From assembly GCA_038496445.1 (NCBI GenBank), contig JALMLS010000556.1, forward strand, positions 124,001 through 188,000: a DNA stretch of 64,000 nucleotides, given 5' to 3'. The notes under the pieces were generated by a model. It saw only the letters and a program-made list of their open reading frames with translations, had not been told where the DNA came from and did no database searches. Position 1 is the first letter of the stretch. Every line of letters starts with the position of its first letter. Made by a program: the position numbers and the translations under genes. This document shows, in pieces, positions 37,480 to 51,392 of the stretch. This DNA comes from Trichosphaerium sp. ATCC 40318 (lineage: Eukaryota > Protista > Tubulinea).

Positions 37480-40295
37480 ATGCTAAGACTACTTATTGCT
37501 GTATGCGCACTTGCGTTCGTTTTTGCGCAGTTGGAAGAATGCATAAACAACAATCAAGTATGTAACAATGATTGTATGTGCCCTTCAAACGCTCTGTGCG
37601 ATGCTGATAGTGGAAATTGCATTTGCCCTTCAGACAGAGTTGGAACGCCTTTTGGCGACAACTGCGAAAAGTGTACGTCTCAATACCCATCTTTTGCAGT
37701 GTAGAGGCAATTTACCCAAGCCATAAGTGAATTACTTACGCAAAACAAAAATGTCTCCAAAACACTAGCGCTCGAGCGTAAATCTACCAGCTCGCATTCT
37801 CCGATTTAAAAAATAACTTTTAGAACACAAAAGTTCTTTTTACGAAAAGGGCAGGCTGCGCTACGGAGCAAGCAAGTGGGTACTAGCGTTTCGTGTGCCA
37901 GCTCAGTATGACCTGTACTTACTAACGAAATCGTAAAAATGGTGTACGCAAAAGCACCACAAAGTACCCTATTCACTTCTTACAACGTAGCCCACTTATC
38001 TCCCTAAAATGTTTCAAAAACTGAACTAAAAAGAAAACTTACTTTACACGAGCAAACGAACTTACCTTTCACCTCATTTTACGCCAAAGACTATCCTCAA
38101 TGACCTATTTTGCAAAACCAAGACACTTTTTGTTTCAAAAAGCCTACAACTAAAATCGGTAAACTTGCCTTATTTACAACCTTAGTTGCTTGTGCGCTCG
38201 ATAACGATGATGGAACAAACAGATACCGCTGTTGGGGATTTGAAGAAGGACAGTTTTTCAATTGTGCAAACAAAGAGTTTTGTACTTGCATTAGCCCTCT
38301 AGGCGGAGATACAGTTGTACCACAAACAAGGTGCGTAATTTAGCCTTTTCAAAAGAACAACTTCATCCAACAAAGTGTCACTCTACAAAAACTAGCACAG
38401 CTAGTGATAAGGCGTTACTCAGAACCTAACTGCCGCAATCACCTGTTTGCCTCTTTTTTTTTAGTCTGGAATTCCGTCATTTCTTAATAACTGTCTAGAG
38501 ATGCCTACAATTGCTGCCCAGAAGGATCTGTATACGATTCTATTACAGGAAACTGCAGTTGTACTATCAATGGACAATTTTTTGGACGTTTTAATGAAAC
38601 TGATGGCACTGGTACGAAGCGACAAGAATCTGCTTTATATGCCCTAGTAAAGACCATCTAACCTTCTATTAGTTGTATGTAAATGTCCTCCAACTGCTAC
38701 CCTAGATGGTGATCGTTGTGTGTGCCCAGGAACACTTGTAGCTATTGATGGTACGTTTTTTATCTAATTAGTATTTGACGTTTTGTGCTCATTTACCCTT
38801 AGGTGAATGTGCTTGTCCAAAAGGAGCCACTAGAGCAGTTAATGAATGTACTTGTACTGATCCAAAAGCTGTATTGAAGGATGGTACGTGAACGAAATTG
38901 AGAAATTCGAAAGGAAATATGAGCTAACTCTTTTTGCTTTTTTAGATATCTGCTCTTGCCCAAACCCTGCTACTCAAACAGTAGGTGATGATGGTCTTTG
39001 CCAATGTAGCAACACAAGATTTGCTATTAACGCCACTACTGATATGTGCGAGTGTAGTAGCGCTTTTACTGGTTATGAGTACGAAAAAGAAAAAAAATCC
39101 ACAAATACAAAAAAAAATCCAAACAGCAAAAAAAATCAGCTTGTGTTTTAGTCAGTTCCTCCTTCGCCGAGCTATCGCCACACAAAAAAAAATAATGTTG
39201 TTCATTTGTTTTCTTTACACTCAGCATTCTTTTGTTTGGATAATACAAGTTGCTTACAAGTACCTTTTTTTTAATAGGTGCTCATTGCGTACTTGTTCTC
39301 AGGCTGATGATACATCTTGTGATGCTGAAACTGGTACTGGTTACAAATGCGAAGGTAGAGCAAATGATCTCGATGTGTGCGCTTGTGCTCAAGGTAGTCA
39401 CGCTGAACAACACTGCGGTTGTTGTGATAACGGACAAATGTATGTGATTTTTTTTTTCAAGTTCGTTTCCTTTTCTTACTTCTTTCAGTTGCGCTGCACC
39501 AACTGGTACTTTCACTTGTCTTGATATCGTAAGATCTGGACTCAAGGGTACTTTTAACACTTCTCACCCTGTCGTTACTGCAGCTCTCCTGGACGACTTC
39601 TGGTGCGCATTCTTTTCTTTTTTTTTTCCGAAAAAGTCTTTTTGTTTCTTTCCTTTTGTTAAGCTTGTGTTACTCTCTTGTTCTTACCTTTATTACCGCC
39701 ATAGCCTCACCATCAAAAACTTGGATTCTGATTGTTCTGGACTAGACTTCACTTGCAGTGAGACTTCAATTTCTTTCTTTATTGAAGTTGCTGTTTTGCC
39801 AAGATCATCTCCAAACTGCACACCAACACAAGTATGTTATTTACTGTAGTTTTTTTTCACTTACCCTTTTGATTACAGTTACTACAATTACTCGGTGAGA
39901 AGATCCAAAACAATGACCCTGCTGTTGCATCACTTCTAGCAGGAGAATTCTCTGTACGCAACTTTTTTTCTCTTTTTTTCTTTCTTCTTCAAAAATTCAA
40001 CAAAACCTTCTTGTTCCTACAACTCCCTGCACCCAACAAATTCGTCATTTTCTCATTTGAATTTGAGAGTGGTTTATTAAGAGTTTTAATTTTGTGGGTT
40101 TTATGAAAAAAACGTGATATAAACGAGACGATAACATTCAATTACACTTTTTTTTCCGACTATTTTTTTTTGTTGCTTTCTGACTTTCTTACTTATTGCT
40201 TTTATTAGAGCCAAACTGTTCCTGATAGCGCTAATACATTATCTACAATGACTTCTATTGCTATTGCAATCATTGTGATGGTTTGTATGCTCTAA
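37480..40295 (+). CDS. Cysteine-rich EGF-like repeat cell-surface protein with C-terminal hydrophobic anchor
   Basis: Signal peptide MLRLLIAVCALAFVFA, many CxCP/CxC repeats over about 12 exons, a Cys-poor juxtamembrane domain, and tail SIAIAIIVMVCML. Confidence 0.8.
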
Positions 40296-41265
40296 ATAAC
40301 TCAAGCTAACAACAGAATTCCAAACTCCTAACATCGTCTCTTTTTTTTTTTGACGAGTAAGATTTACCAGAAAAAAAAAAAAGTGTAGGAAAAGAGGAGA
40401 AGGTTTTTTTGTTCTTCCACACCCAAGTAAATTAATATTTTCAAGAACAACCGTCTTTAATTATTTCCACTTTGTGGGCAACACATCAACACCATAGCCG
40501 CGTTGATTGTGTTACAGCAGGTGTGGAGAGAAAGCACTTCCATCACACTTCCGGCTTTTCCCCATTCCCGTGTACTTGATCCATTTCAGTCGCTGGAGGT
40601 TTAACGCCGTCTTTTTTTCCTATTTTGTGAAGCACCAAGTATCAACACCATGGTTCTGGGGTGAGTAAAAACGAATAAAAAAGAGATAGCCATTGATTTT
40701 AATGTAGTTTATTTATTAAAGTGTGAATGAAATATAAATGACTTTTCTTCAATACATGTCAACAGAAAGAGAATTGCTTCAACACAATATATTGCAATGT
40801 GATTACATTGATGTTTCAGACAAGACCAATGATGTATTTATGCTATGACTACAGAAACCATTGACTCAGTTTTTGGTATTTGAATTGCCTTGCTGTTTGC
40901 AACAGCTTGACCAATGGCGACCGCTACACACGGTATCAGGCGAACACAAGCTAAGTAATTACCTACTAGTTGTGCATGTCGTACAGATTGAAGTAAACAA
41001 ATGATCTTGTTTCCTTCAAAAAAAAAACGAGTTTGTTAGAGCCATAAAAAAAGAGAATGCGAAGACTGCAGGTGCGTATTTAACGATCTATATTTATTCC
41101 AAAACAAAGGCACCAGATATGGCAAGCACATAATAGACTGTCACAAATTAAGGTATTAACACGATTTGTTAGCAATACACCCACACAGCACTCGTACTAT
41201 AAACGACTCATCATCAAAAGAAGTACTCATAAGTTATGTTTATGAAGAGCAATAAAATAAATTTA

Positions 41266-43948
41266 TTAAAGTGTTACTTCAAAGGCAAATCTTGAATTAC
41301 ACCCGTGCTTAATTGCAGCTTTTCTTGCTTCAAAATTTGACGTTCTTGATTTATGAAGCAGGTCTGGTACGCGCCGTAAATACGTACCCTGATGCTTTAA
41401 CAAATCAATTACACGCTCTGTTTTTTCCCTCAAACGTGTAATGGTACTGTGTAATAGCTTTTCAGTCCCGTACGAACTAGTAATTTCTAATGTCAACCCA
41501 AAGTCATTACATCAAAAAGAACTAAGAAGCTGTTTTTGGTTCGTCTATGCACAGTTCAAAACCCTCGAGTTCTACCTATCTTTGCTTACCCACCTCGTAG
41601 AAATCTCTTATGTTGTACATCGTTGTATTCAACTGATAAAACGGCAGTAAATGAGTCTGAATGATCAAACTTTCCCAGTTTTTTCCAAGTTGCTTCATTT
41701 CACTCTGGGCGAAAATAATTGGCTTGTATTCTTTATCAATAACCTAAATTGCTTATATAAGTTTGGTAAAAACACGAAAAGAGAATATCCAGTCTGCTAA
41801 AGTAGAAGAAAGGGATAAAGGAGGCAGAATAAAGAAAAAAGAAGAAAGAAAACAAATAGAGTGTACCTTTGAACAGAACGTTTGCTTATGCCTGGTCTGA
41901 AAGAATCCCAGTCCCACTCATAGTGAGGATATAACCATTCTAGAGATTTAGGAAAATAACTCAATACACCTTTTCCACCCATTTCCATAACTTGCGCATC
42001 AGACACGTAATACCTTCGAAGAAGAAAAAAATGAGAAAAAGCTTCGTTTGTTTTGGGTTTGGATGCTGATGACAAAGTGATAAATTAAAAAGAAGTGTGT
42101 CATGTGATATCATTTAAATTCTTAACCAAGTTATCAACAATCAAAGTTTGAGGATATCTTGGTACAGCTAAACTATTGCAAAAAAAAAAAAGTGAAGATT
42201 TTTGAAAGATGTTTACAAACTGTTTAGTTCTGAGACTGTGGGTTATACATACCATTCGTCTGGAGAAGCAATATCCATCATATTTTCTAGACGTCTAAAA
42301 AATTCTGTAGCAGCATTAGCACCCTTCCAATACCCATGGAATACCATCCTAAAATTCAGTTGTCAAAACGAAAAAAACTCTTGAAATATTTGGTATGTCT
42401 GAGCTTTGTAACGCACTTGAATTTGGTAGTAGACCAGTCGTATCTTGGATATATATGTAAAAGAACATTTTGGAATCGGTGATCGAACCTTAATAGCAAG
42501 TAAGCAAGTGTAGAGTACATATGACAGTATGATTGCATGCAAGTTTTTTCAAAAAACGGTGAGATTTTCATAACTGTTCATAATTAAACGCCTCAATGTA
42601 AACATAAAGTATCAATAATTATACAATTATGCCATATTCCCTTTCAAGATTGGTGATATATTAAAAAAAATAGAAGGAAACTAACATCAGGCTTGCAGTA
42701 GTAAAAAAAATTACGTGTCAAATTTTTCTGAGGAAAAAAGTGTACTTCTTAATGATACCACGTAATGACTCCATTGCGTTTAATGATTCAGCTGTAATAT
42801 TATACCAATCATCCAATGTCTTAACACCACATAATTGGGCAAGTCTATCAATTTTTGATTTTATATTAGCCTTGTAGTCCCAGAAAAAACGTCCTTGTTT
42901 CCTTAATACAATAATTAAAAAAAAGTCAAAGTATACTCGTCCTCAACAGAGTTCATTTAAACTCCATCCGTAAAAGGCTTTCAAATTTAATAACGTACAC
43001 TGTTCCCCAATCATGATGCGGGTATAACTCTTGAAGAAGTACTTTAGCACTACTATGCCTACAAACTGTTAGTTTTGGGGGTTTTTTTTGCTACAGTTGT
43101 TGACAACGTTAACATCAAGTTCGTGTCAGTAGCAGTGATAGGTTAACTAGTAATATAAAAGCAAAAAACATTGTGCATAATTTGATGAAATATTATGAGT
43201 TAATTTGAAAACAAATCAAAAGGGTCACGTGAGGGGGTTATTGCCGTTGAGAATGTAAAAGAAAAAAAAATGGGGAAAAAAATGTACTTTACACATAGAA
43301 CGTCATTGTATTCTGTCATTTTCTCCCATAATCCTTTGATTTTCCAATCATCAAGTACCTTAATATCGAATATTCTACTAACTTGATCCACAATATCATA
43401 AGGTCTATCATCACACTTTGAGAAATCAAATGAAGTTTCCTTGACACTTTTTCAGTTAACCTTTTTGTAAACATTTATCACAACGTTAGTTAAAACGCAC
43501 GTGAAATTGGACTCATCCCACTCCGTATGTGGATAGAGTACAAAAAGAGCTAGCTTCAACGAATAATCGTAACTGCAATAAGAGGATATGTTACAACACT
43601 AAAACTTGAAACGAGAACACGAAATGTTTTTATCGTTAACAAGAAAAAAATCGGTTACCTTTGTAGTATGGCTCTACCTCCACGTATAGCCAACACATCG
43701 GCTTGATCAATATTATACCACTCGCTAAGGAGCTTTACGTCTAAAATGCTCGCGATTGTGGTATCAAACATCATTTTTTGCTCTGATACATCCCCATACC
43801 TTGCTGTCATCCTAGAAGAGCGATTTTCGTTGCTTTCGGGGTTTTTAGCTGTAAAATGTTAATAATGAAACTACATTTATCTATTGTTAATACCTCGCCT
43901 CCTACGTTTAATAAGATGCCTAACAAAACGACTTGCGAGATGTGTCAT
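41266..43948 (-). CDS. Trp/Tyr-rich repeat protein with mitochondrial-type presequence (3' end uncertain)
   Basis: N-terminus MTHLASRFVRHLIKRRRR. About 4-5 repeats of W...(L/I).(I/V)K.LDDWY....GG..L...SL...LYP...W...F across many exons. Confidence 0.65.
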
Positions 43949-44126
43949 ATTAATTAAACTGCTTTGTGCCAATAATCGCTAAATTACGTTGCATATGCTG
44001 ACAGAGCGTATGTCGTATGGGTTGGCAGTTAAATAAGCGTCCCAAAACAACAATAACAGTCAGTACAAGTCGTTCGTATTTTTTGCGACTAGCTGCGTTT
44101 TTACTATAAATTCTTTGTCAACAAGC

Positions 44127-45907
44127 ATGGCTTCAGATTGGTGTACTATAGAGTCGGATCCTGGTACCTTTACAAGCAATATCTGGCGTCTAACATTCTT
44201 CAGGTGTATTTACAGAACTCATCGGAAAGCTTGGCGTTAAGGGTATATATTTTGAGTGGTTTTAGCTCTAACACAAATTTTTAACGCCAATAAACAAACA
44301 CAACTAACGTCAATGCAGGTGTACAGGTCGAGGAACTTTACAGCCTTGATGACGCTACGTTTGCACAACTCAGGTGGGTTTCAAATAATACGTCATTGAA
44401 TTAACACGCTAAACAACTATAGCCCTATCTACGGCCTTGTATTTTTGTTTAAATGGCGTGCAGAAAAAGATGAGCGTCCATGTGAACAGGCATACGACTT
44501 TTTCTTTGCAAAGCAGGCACGTAACCAACAGGGCAACGTCCTAACTGTTGACGATCTCTTTTACGGTCAATCAACTGAAAAAAACTTTTTTTTTTGCTAA
44601 TGTTGTATTAGTTGATCACCAACGCTTGTGCTACTCAAGCTATCTTATCTATCCTATTGAACCAAAAAGACCTTGTTCTTGGTGACACATTAGCACAATT
44701 TAAGCTTACTACAAGCCAGTTTGACGCAGAGGTACGTCTTGTAATTAACGATAATTTTTCTTCTTTTTTTTTTTTGTTTAACCGTCATTCTTGTTTAGAT
44801 GTGTGGTCTTGCTCTTGGTAATATCGATGTCATAAGAAAGACACATAATAGTTTTGCACGCCCTGAACCTATCGTAATGTCATCAAAAGTGGCAACTGAG
44901 AAGGATGATGTTTTCCACTTTATTAGTTACATGCCAATAAATGGAAAGTTGTACGAGCTTGACGGTCTTAAACCAGTAAGTACAATTGAGTTGCAATTTA
45001 ATACTAATAAAATAATAAAGGGTCCTATTCTATTGGGTGATGTGACAGAGGAGAATTGGTTGGCTAAAGCACGTGAAAATTTGCAAACAAGGATTCAAAA
45101 GTAAGTGCTTTTGAAAAAAAAAAATGTTGAAAAGTTTTTTTCATTTCCTTGACTTCTTTAAGCCTTTTAATAAATTAAACAGTGTCATCCTAATTTATTT
45201 AACTACCATTACTAAATGACACCTTTGTAATAAAAAAATACGCCATCAAGCGCCTGTTTTTTGATGATTTTTTTGTTTTGGTGTGGAGGTAATATAACGT
45301 TTTTTTGTAGATACAGCGCATCAGAAATCCGATTTAACCTCATGGCAGTAGTCCGTAATAAACAAGAGCAATATGAAGAACAGATTGCAAAGAATGAAAA
45401 GACATTAGAAGCACTACAAGCAAAGCTAGCAGGAGGAGGTAAAAAAAAAATTTTGACAGTCTATTTTCGCTCATACTTTTTGATTATAGATGTTATGGAA
45501 ACCGAAGACATTGGTGAAATTCCAAGTGATCCAGATCAAATAAAGACGAAGATTACTTTGCTCACAGAAGAGTCTGCAAGACTAAAAGCACAAGTAGAGC
45601 AAGAAAAAGCTAAAAAAAACAAGTGGGCAGTACGTGTTTGTTCTCTTTTTTTTTTTTTTTTGGTTTGTAGAGTTAATCTACAAAAACTTGTCAGTGAAGC
45701 CTTCAGGTCTCTAACTTCTGTTTTCTTGTTTAGCAAGAGAATGTTCGTCGTAGACATAACTACTTCCCATTCTTGTTCAATCTTTTGAAAGTACTTGCTG
45801 ATAAAGAAGTTCTACCTGATCTCATTGAGAGCGCCAAAAAGAAAGAGCAAGAACAGTTGGCACAGAAACAAGAAAAAGCCAAGGCTGAAGCAGCAGCTAA
45901 ACAGTAG
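44127..45907 (+). CDS. UCHL5: Ubiquitin carboxyl-terminal hydrolase UCHL5/UCH37
   Basis: [29 protein letters not shown]|[46 protein letters not shown]. Confidence 0.96.
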
Positions 45908-46066
45908 ATAGAGGCGTTCTCCCTAAATACAGTAATTGTAATACGAACAATGTACCACCATTTGTCAATGTTCTTTCTTTTGATCAATCCAACGTCTACT
46001 TGCCTTTATCTCTTGTTTTTTGTATTCTGAATATGTAAACACGGGCATTTTTTCGCGTGAATAGTC

Positions 46067-47570
46067 ATGACATTTCTTGCTCGTTACAAGGCTAGCAGGA
46101 TGTCTCTCGCAACAAGAGTTTCTGGCCCCATGTGGGCCAATCACACTAGGCCTATCAAGAAGGTTGTAACACTAAAAATTCTTGGCTATAACAAATACAC
46201 TCTGTACGTATAAAATTACGCGTTTCTATGCTTATTTAACGCAAATAGCACTGCTGCCTCTCGTTTGAAACTAGCCTCTAAATATCTTGATCCAGAAGGA
46301 AACGATGGCACCATACGTGTTCATGGACCAGCTCCACTAAAAACAAAGAGGAAAAAATGGGCGATACTAAAGTCACCATTTAAATACAAAAAGCACTGGG
46401 AACACTACGAGTTAAGGACATACGCAGTATTGCTTCGCATGGAAGCTACAAACTTCGAGTTACTCGACAAATTTACAGACTGGTGCTATACTGAGCTAAG
46501 TACGTACCATTTGCGCGCACAGAATAGGCAAAGTAGCATCATAATGGCGAAAAACGTGCTAATACCATAAAACGCATCGCCAAGCGCTATGAACTGTCAG
46601 TTCGCCACGACACAACTTTTGCGGCATTCTCAGACAAAAAAAAGATGCCGCTACTTTTATGCTTTACAAAAACCTCCAACTGACACATGTTAGCCGGTTT
46701 TGGTGTTCGTCGCGAAACTGAAGTGTACCACGACCTATCAAATGTATACCTAGAGCCTTCCGTTGTTCTGATGCCAAAGAAATACGATTCTTTGCCTCTT
46801 GCTATCGCTAAAAAAGTCAAACAAGTTTACGAGCCAGAAATCGATACTGATCCGCCAATATCACTGGATGTCGAAGGAGTACCGCCAGGTAGACTTGATG
46901 ATTTGGTTAAATTAATACCAAGGCGCTGGAGAGAGATAGTAGATGCCGATACTGTAAAATTATATACCGATTGGTATCGCTTCTCTCATGCCTTCAGGAA
47001 GCGTTTTATTCTGGGTCTTGTTACAGGAAATGAACTTGAAGAGACAATGGGAGCTCTTACGAATGATATGGCAGAGTTAGACAGATATGAGAGACAATCT
47101 CAAGAAGATGTATTTAGAAATGAAGATATTGAGACAAGGTTTTATATATGGCCAGGAGATGGCGATGTACCAACACAATTAGAACAACCAAACGATGAAA
47201 CAACTGCTGTTGAAGATGACTCTATTATTGATCCTGAATTGCTCAAAGACGCTACTTCTAGTGTTGCGGTAAGTAATTGTATAGGGCGAAGTTCTATTTT
47301 CTAGAAAATCCTGTAGTTGGTTTTTTTTTCTAAGCACTCTTTTAGGGATTCGAGAATATCTCAAGTCTTGCAAAACACAGCGCTTCTCTTGAATCAAAAA
47401 ATACTGAGGTTGTTGCTGAGGCTGCACCTGACGCTGCACCTGACGCTGAGGGTGACGAAACACCAGTGGATTATAAGCAAAATACTCAGCCTTTTAAATT
47501 GGATGACATTCCAAAACAAAAACAAGAGGCCAACTTTTCTGAGGACATAGACAAAGATGAAACGGAATAG
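46067..47570 (+). CDS. Mitochondrial ribosomal protein uS10m-like with long C-terminal extension
   Basis: Arg-rich presequence and S10 motif GPAPLKTKRKKWAILKSPFKYKKHWEHYELRTY. Intron 46500-46693 joins a ~270-aa acidic extension. Confidence 0.75.
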
Positions 47571-48087
47571 GAAAAAAAAAAAGGACGACATTGGACAAAA
47601 CGTGCGTAGTTTTTACCCTTCTCGTTCTGTGCTTATTCCTTATACTTTGTAGTAGCCTTTTTCGGTATTTTCTGCATTTTGTATGTACCACCAAACCGCC
47701 AAAAAAAAAAAAAGAAGCGAGGATGTGTATCTTTCTTCTACTCAACGTATGTAAAAAGATATGTATGCATCACTCTTGTTGCTCAATTTGTAATTTAAAT
47801 CTCACTATAGTTGAGCTTTTAGAGCTACGCGTGTTGTGTTTTTTTTTGTCCGTTTTTTTTTTCTGCGTCGTTGCACGGTAATCGCTATGAACCACTCAGT
47901 CCTACTTGGAGTTACTGTCCTCGTACGCGCTAATTAAAGTCCTAAAAACGCCATGACTTAAACTTGCCTCGGCTTACTTTTACTTCATCCACTGCGCATT
48001 GAAGGAGACAATTTGTTGCTAGAGTAAAAGAGAAACTCCAAAAGAAACTACATAGGAAACACACGGTAGAATCAATAATCTAAAAAC

Positions 48088-48991
48088 ATGTCCAACCACT
48101 CTGCACCAGTGGATGCCTACTATACCCATTCTCATTCTGCTTTCCGCTACACAGCCTCTACTGTTTTCGCGACTATGCTGGTAATGTATATTATCGCGGA
48201 GATTGCAAAGAGGGTATTGCCAAGCACAAAGGTGTGGGGTACACTAGGGAGTATGCAAAAGGTTGGATTAGTAATGTACTTTCCACGTATTGTCGTTGAA
48301 GCTACTTGTTGCGCTACTTTGAGCTATGTTGGTACGTTCTTTTGCGTTTTTCTAGAGTTGCAAACTTTATTCTTTTTATGGTTACTTTGTTGACGCGTTA
48401 CTTTAAACGGCTATTTACGCTCACACTCATTTAGTATTGAACCTACCGTTCTCAAACACTATTCCTATCCCTGACGATATTCACTTCCTTTCATTCTTTC
48501 CAGCATGCGGCCTAATGTGTTTATTCGCTACAGAACCCGTATACAGACACTTCACTGGCATGAGCGACCAAGTAGCTGTTGTCGCCCATCACTTTCCTTC
48601 AGTAGTACTCATATGCCTTTGTATCGAAGGACAATACTCTGTGACCTTCCATAAGCTTCTTTTAATCTACGGATGGTTCGCTTCTCTTGAATGCTTTGCA
48701 ACTGGTTGCTTCATCTACAAGAGACTATTTCCAGCTAACTTACAGTTCCTCTCTTCCCTATTCACCTTTATGGCATGGGAAGAGTCGTGTCACACTTTCT
48801 TTCATACGCTCATTATAATCTTATTCTACTACCTCAACTGGGATTCTAAAGACTGGGCTCCATGGCAACGCATTGCTATGCCTATGGCTTCTGCTTTCTT
48901 TGCTTGTATGCAGTTCTACTTTGATACTACGTACCATTCTATTGCTAGGTATATTACCAAAAAAGCAAAAGAAGCGAAGAAGAAGGAGTGA
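48088..48991 (+). CDS. Multi-pass membrane protein, TLC-domain-like (2 exons)
   Basis: About 6-7 hydrophobic helices, VAHH motif followed by SLE, and a basic KKE tail. Confidence 0.55.
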
Positions 48992-49367
48992 ATGATGAAA
49001 CCAAAAAAAAGAAAACGACTACGCGGTCTCCTTCAAGTAGTCAGGAGATTGTCAAGTCAGAAAAAAATGAAAAAACGATGTTAACAAAAAAGGCTCATAA
49101 AAATCGAAAAAACATTACGGTATGACATCCCATACGTACACACTTTGTAATTACGCGTATGTGGTGTTATTTGCAGCTTGTATTTAAATAAACCTCACCC
49201 TTTCACTTTTTAAATCTCACCTGTTTCTACACACGGCCACTCTACGTGAGAATAATGACAGTCGGTACACCAGTTTTGACCAAAATTAGAATTGTAGGCT
49301 CTCAAATTTAGCATTGACGTTGTTAATGCCACTTTTGATGTCTCTTTCGTGACTTGAATTGTATAAC

Positions 49368-51049
49368 ATGGAAGCAGCGAAGAAAGAAGCGCCAATAAAC
49401 AAATTATTTAACAATGTCACTGATTTAGAAGCCAGAAGTATAGGATGCTTGCTAGGCCTCATAATCGGCGATATTCTAGGTGGTACGTAAAAAAGAAGCT
49501 AACAGCCGTTAATAATTACCATCAGCGCCTATTGAAGGATGGAGGCGTACAGCTATCATCAAGAAATACGGACAATTGCGCGATTTTGTTTCAGGTAATC
49601 TAGCTATTGGTTGGAAACTTCGTGTATTTTTTTGAAAACAGAAGGTGCATCTGTTCTCTTACTTGCAATTAGGTATGCATATGGGTATGCCTGAAAATGA
49701 ACCTCCCAGATTTGGACAATACACGGACGATAGCACGAGTGCATTAGCATTAGCACAAAGGCACGTGGATGATGGTACAGAATACGTTACCTCAATCAAA
49801 AAAAAGGCCTGTGCTCACTTTTTTTCAGTCTGGTAACACGTCAAGGCCTTGACGGTGCTCATATCGCGATGCAAACAGCTTGTTTCTGGAGAGATGCCGT
49901 ACCAAAAGTATTTTTCTCATCCCCTTCGGCTGCAATCTTGCAGTCAATTTTAGGTAAAATGTTTTCCTTTTTATGTTTACTTACTACGGTGTAGATGGTG
50001 CGAATTGGAAGTACGGTTAACTTCAAAACAATGAACGTTATTGAGTATGCTGACAACGTTTTTGTAGAACTACTGGAACCTCTCTTCACACTGAGGGAAG
50101 TTTTGCAAATGGCGGTAAGCTACAAGTCGTGTCTATGAATCCCATATTTGCTCTTTTATTTGACACATTTTAAAGGTGCAATGAAGATCGCCCCTCTTGG
50201 GATAGTGTTCAGGAATGCTTCTGATACTGATATGTACAAAGCTGTTGTACGTGAGAAGTGAACATCAGCTGATGACTTGCATTGCTGTTTAACAGCTTTT
50301 GATGGTTTTTCTGACCGAGTAAAGGTCGAGGCAGTGAAAAGTACACATGTACATCCAGAGAGTATTGATGGTGCTTGGTTAGTAGCAAAAAGTGTATCTA
50401 TGTTATGTAAAATAAGTCCATGCGATATGACACCTACTGAGTTTATAACAAAGATGAAAGGATTTGCAAAAACAGATAATATGCGTTCAACAGTACAAAC
50501 TTTTTTGGCTTTTTTTTTTTTGGTCTTTTGTTTATCTCATGCTAATGCGTTGTAGATACATAAAGTCTTATTCCACTTATCTAGAAACACTCCTGATGAG
50601 CGGGTGGTCAATGGTATTATGAATTCATTAGGACCAGAAGTTGGTACATTAAGCTGTTTTTTTACTTGGTTTTTTTTTGTAATTACATTACGGTTCTTTT
50701 TATGTATCTCAAAGGTGATGTAATTGAATCAGTACAAAATGTTATAATGGGTGATTATGGACGCCATTTCCAGATAAAAGCAGTTCATGCTGTGCCATGC
50801 GCATTATACGCTGTTGCAAAGTGTTGGCAAAATCCGGAAGAATGTATTATTAAAGCCGCAAACTTTGGTGGAGATACAGATACTATTGCTGCTATTTCCG
50901 GTGCTATAATAGGTAGCCTTCATGGTACATCATGGATACCTTCTAGATGGTATGATAATATAAGTAATGAAGTCCGTGGACGAGACTTTGCAGTTGATCT
51001 TGCTAGGAAACTGTGTAAATTAGACTTGCATTGTTCGCTGAATAAATAG
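49368..51049 (+). CDS. ADP-ribosylglycohydrolase (ARH/DraG family)
   Basis: GCLLGLIIGDILGAPIEG, GQYTDDS, GSFANGGAMKIAPLG, THVHP, and GGDTDTIAAISGAIIGSLHG..WIP..W. Confidence 0.93.
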
Positions 51050-51392
51050 ACAACAGATCATCAGACGGATAAGTTAGATAATATGTCCTGAGCCACTCTA
51101 GAGTATTCCATTTAAGTAAAAGTTGTGAGGACAAAAAACTCTGAGGTAGTTATGGCTACGATCAATCAGAAAATTTTTCATTGCTTGAATAATTCAGTGA
51201 ACTTATGTCAATAATCAGAATAATAGCTCTGGTACGAACTTTAGAACTGTATGTCGGGTATACATTAATTTACTACGTAGCTCTCTATCTAAATTCGACA
51301 ATCATTGTGATTGATTTTTATATCAATCATTACGATCAAACATCATATTTTCATCATACACACAGCTGCAGCACCTCTTCAGAATAACTAGA

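Noticed and set aside
40488-40615. Two hairpins with ACAGCA/ACA boxes resembling an H/ACA snoRNA
   Set aside because: The hairpins are too short and lack pseudouridylation pockets. The region may be the 3' exon or UTR of a minus-strand gene.
45144-45162. U12-like branch site TTTCCTTGAC inside a UCHL5 intron
   Set aside because: The donor is GTAAGT (U2-type), and the same motif occurs antisense to a gene at ~43437, so chance is likely.
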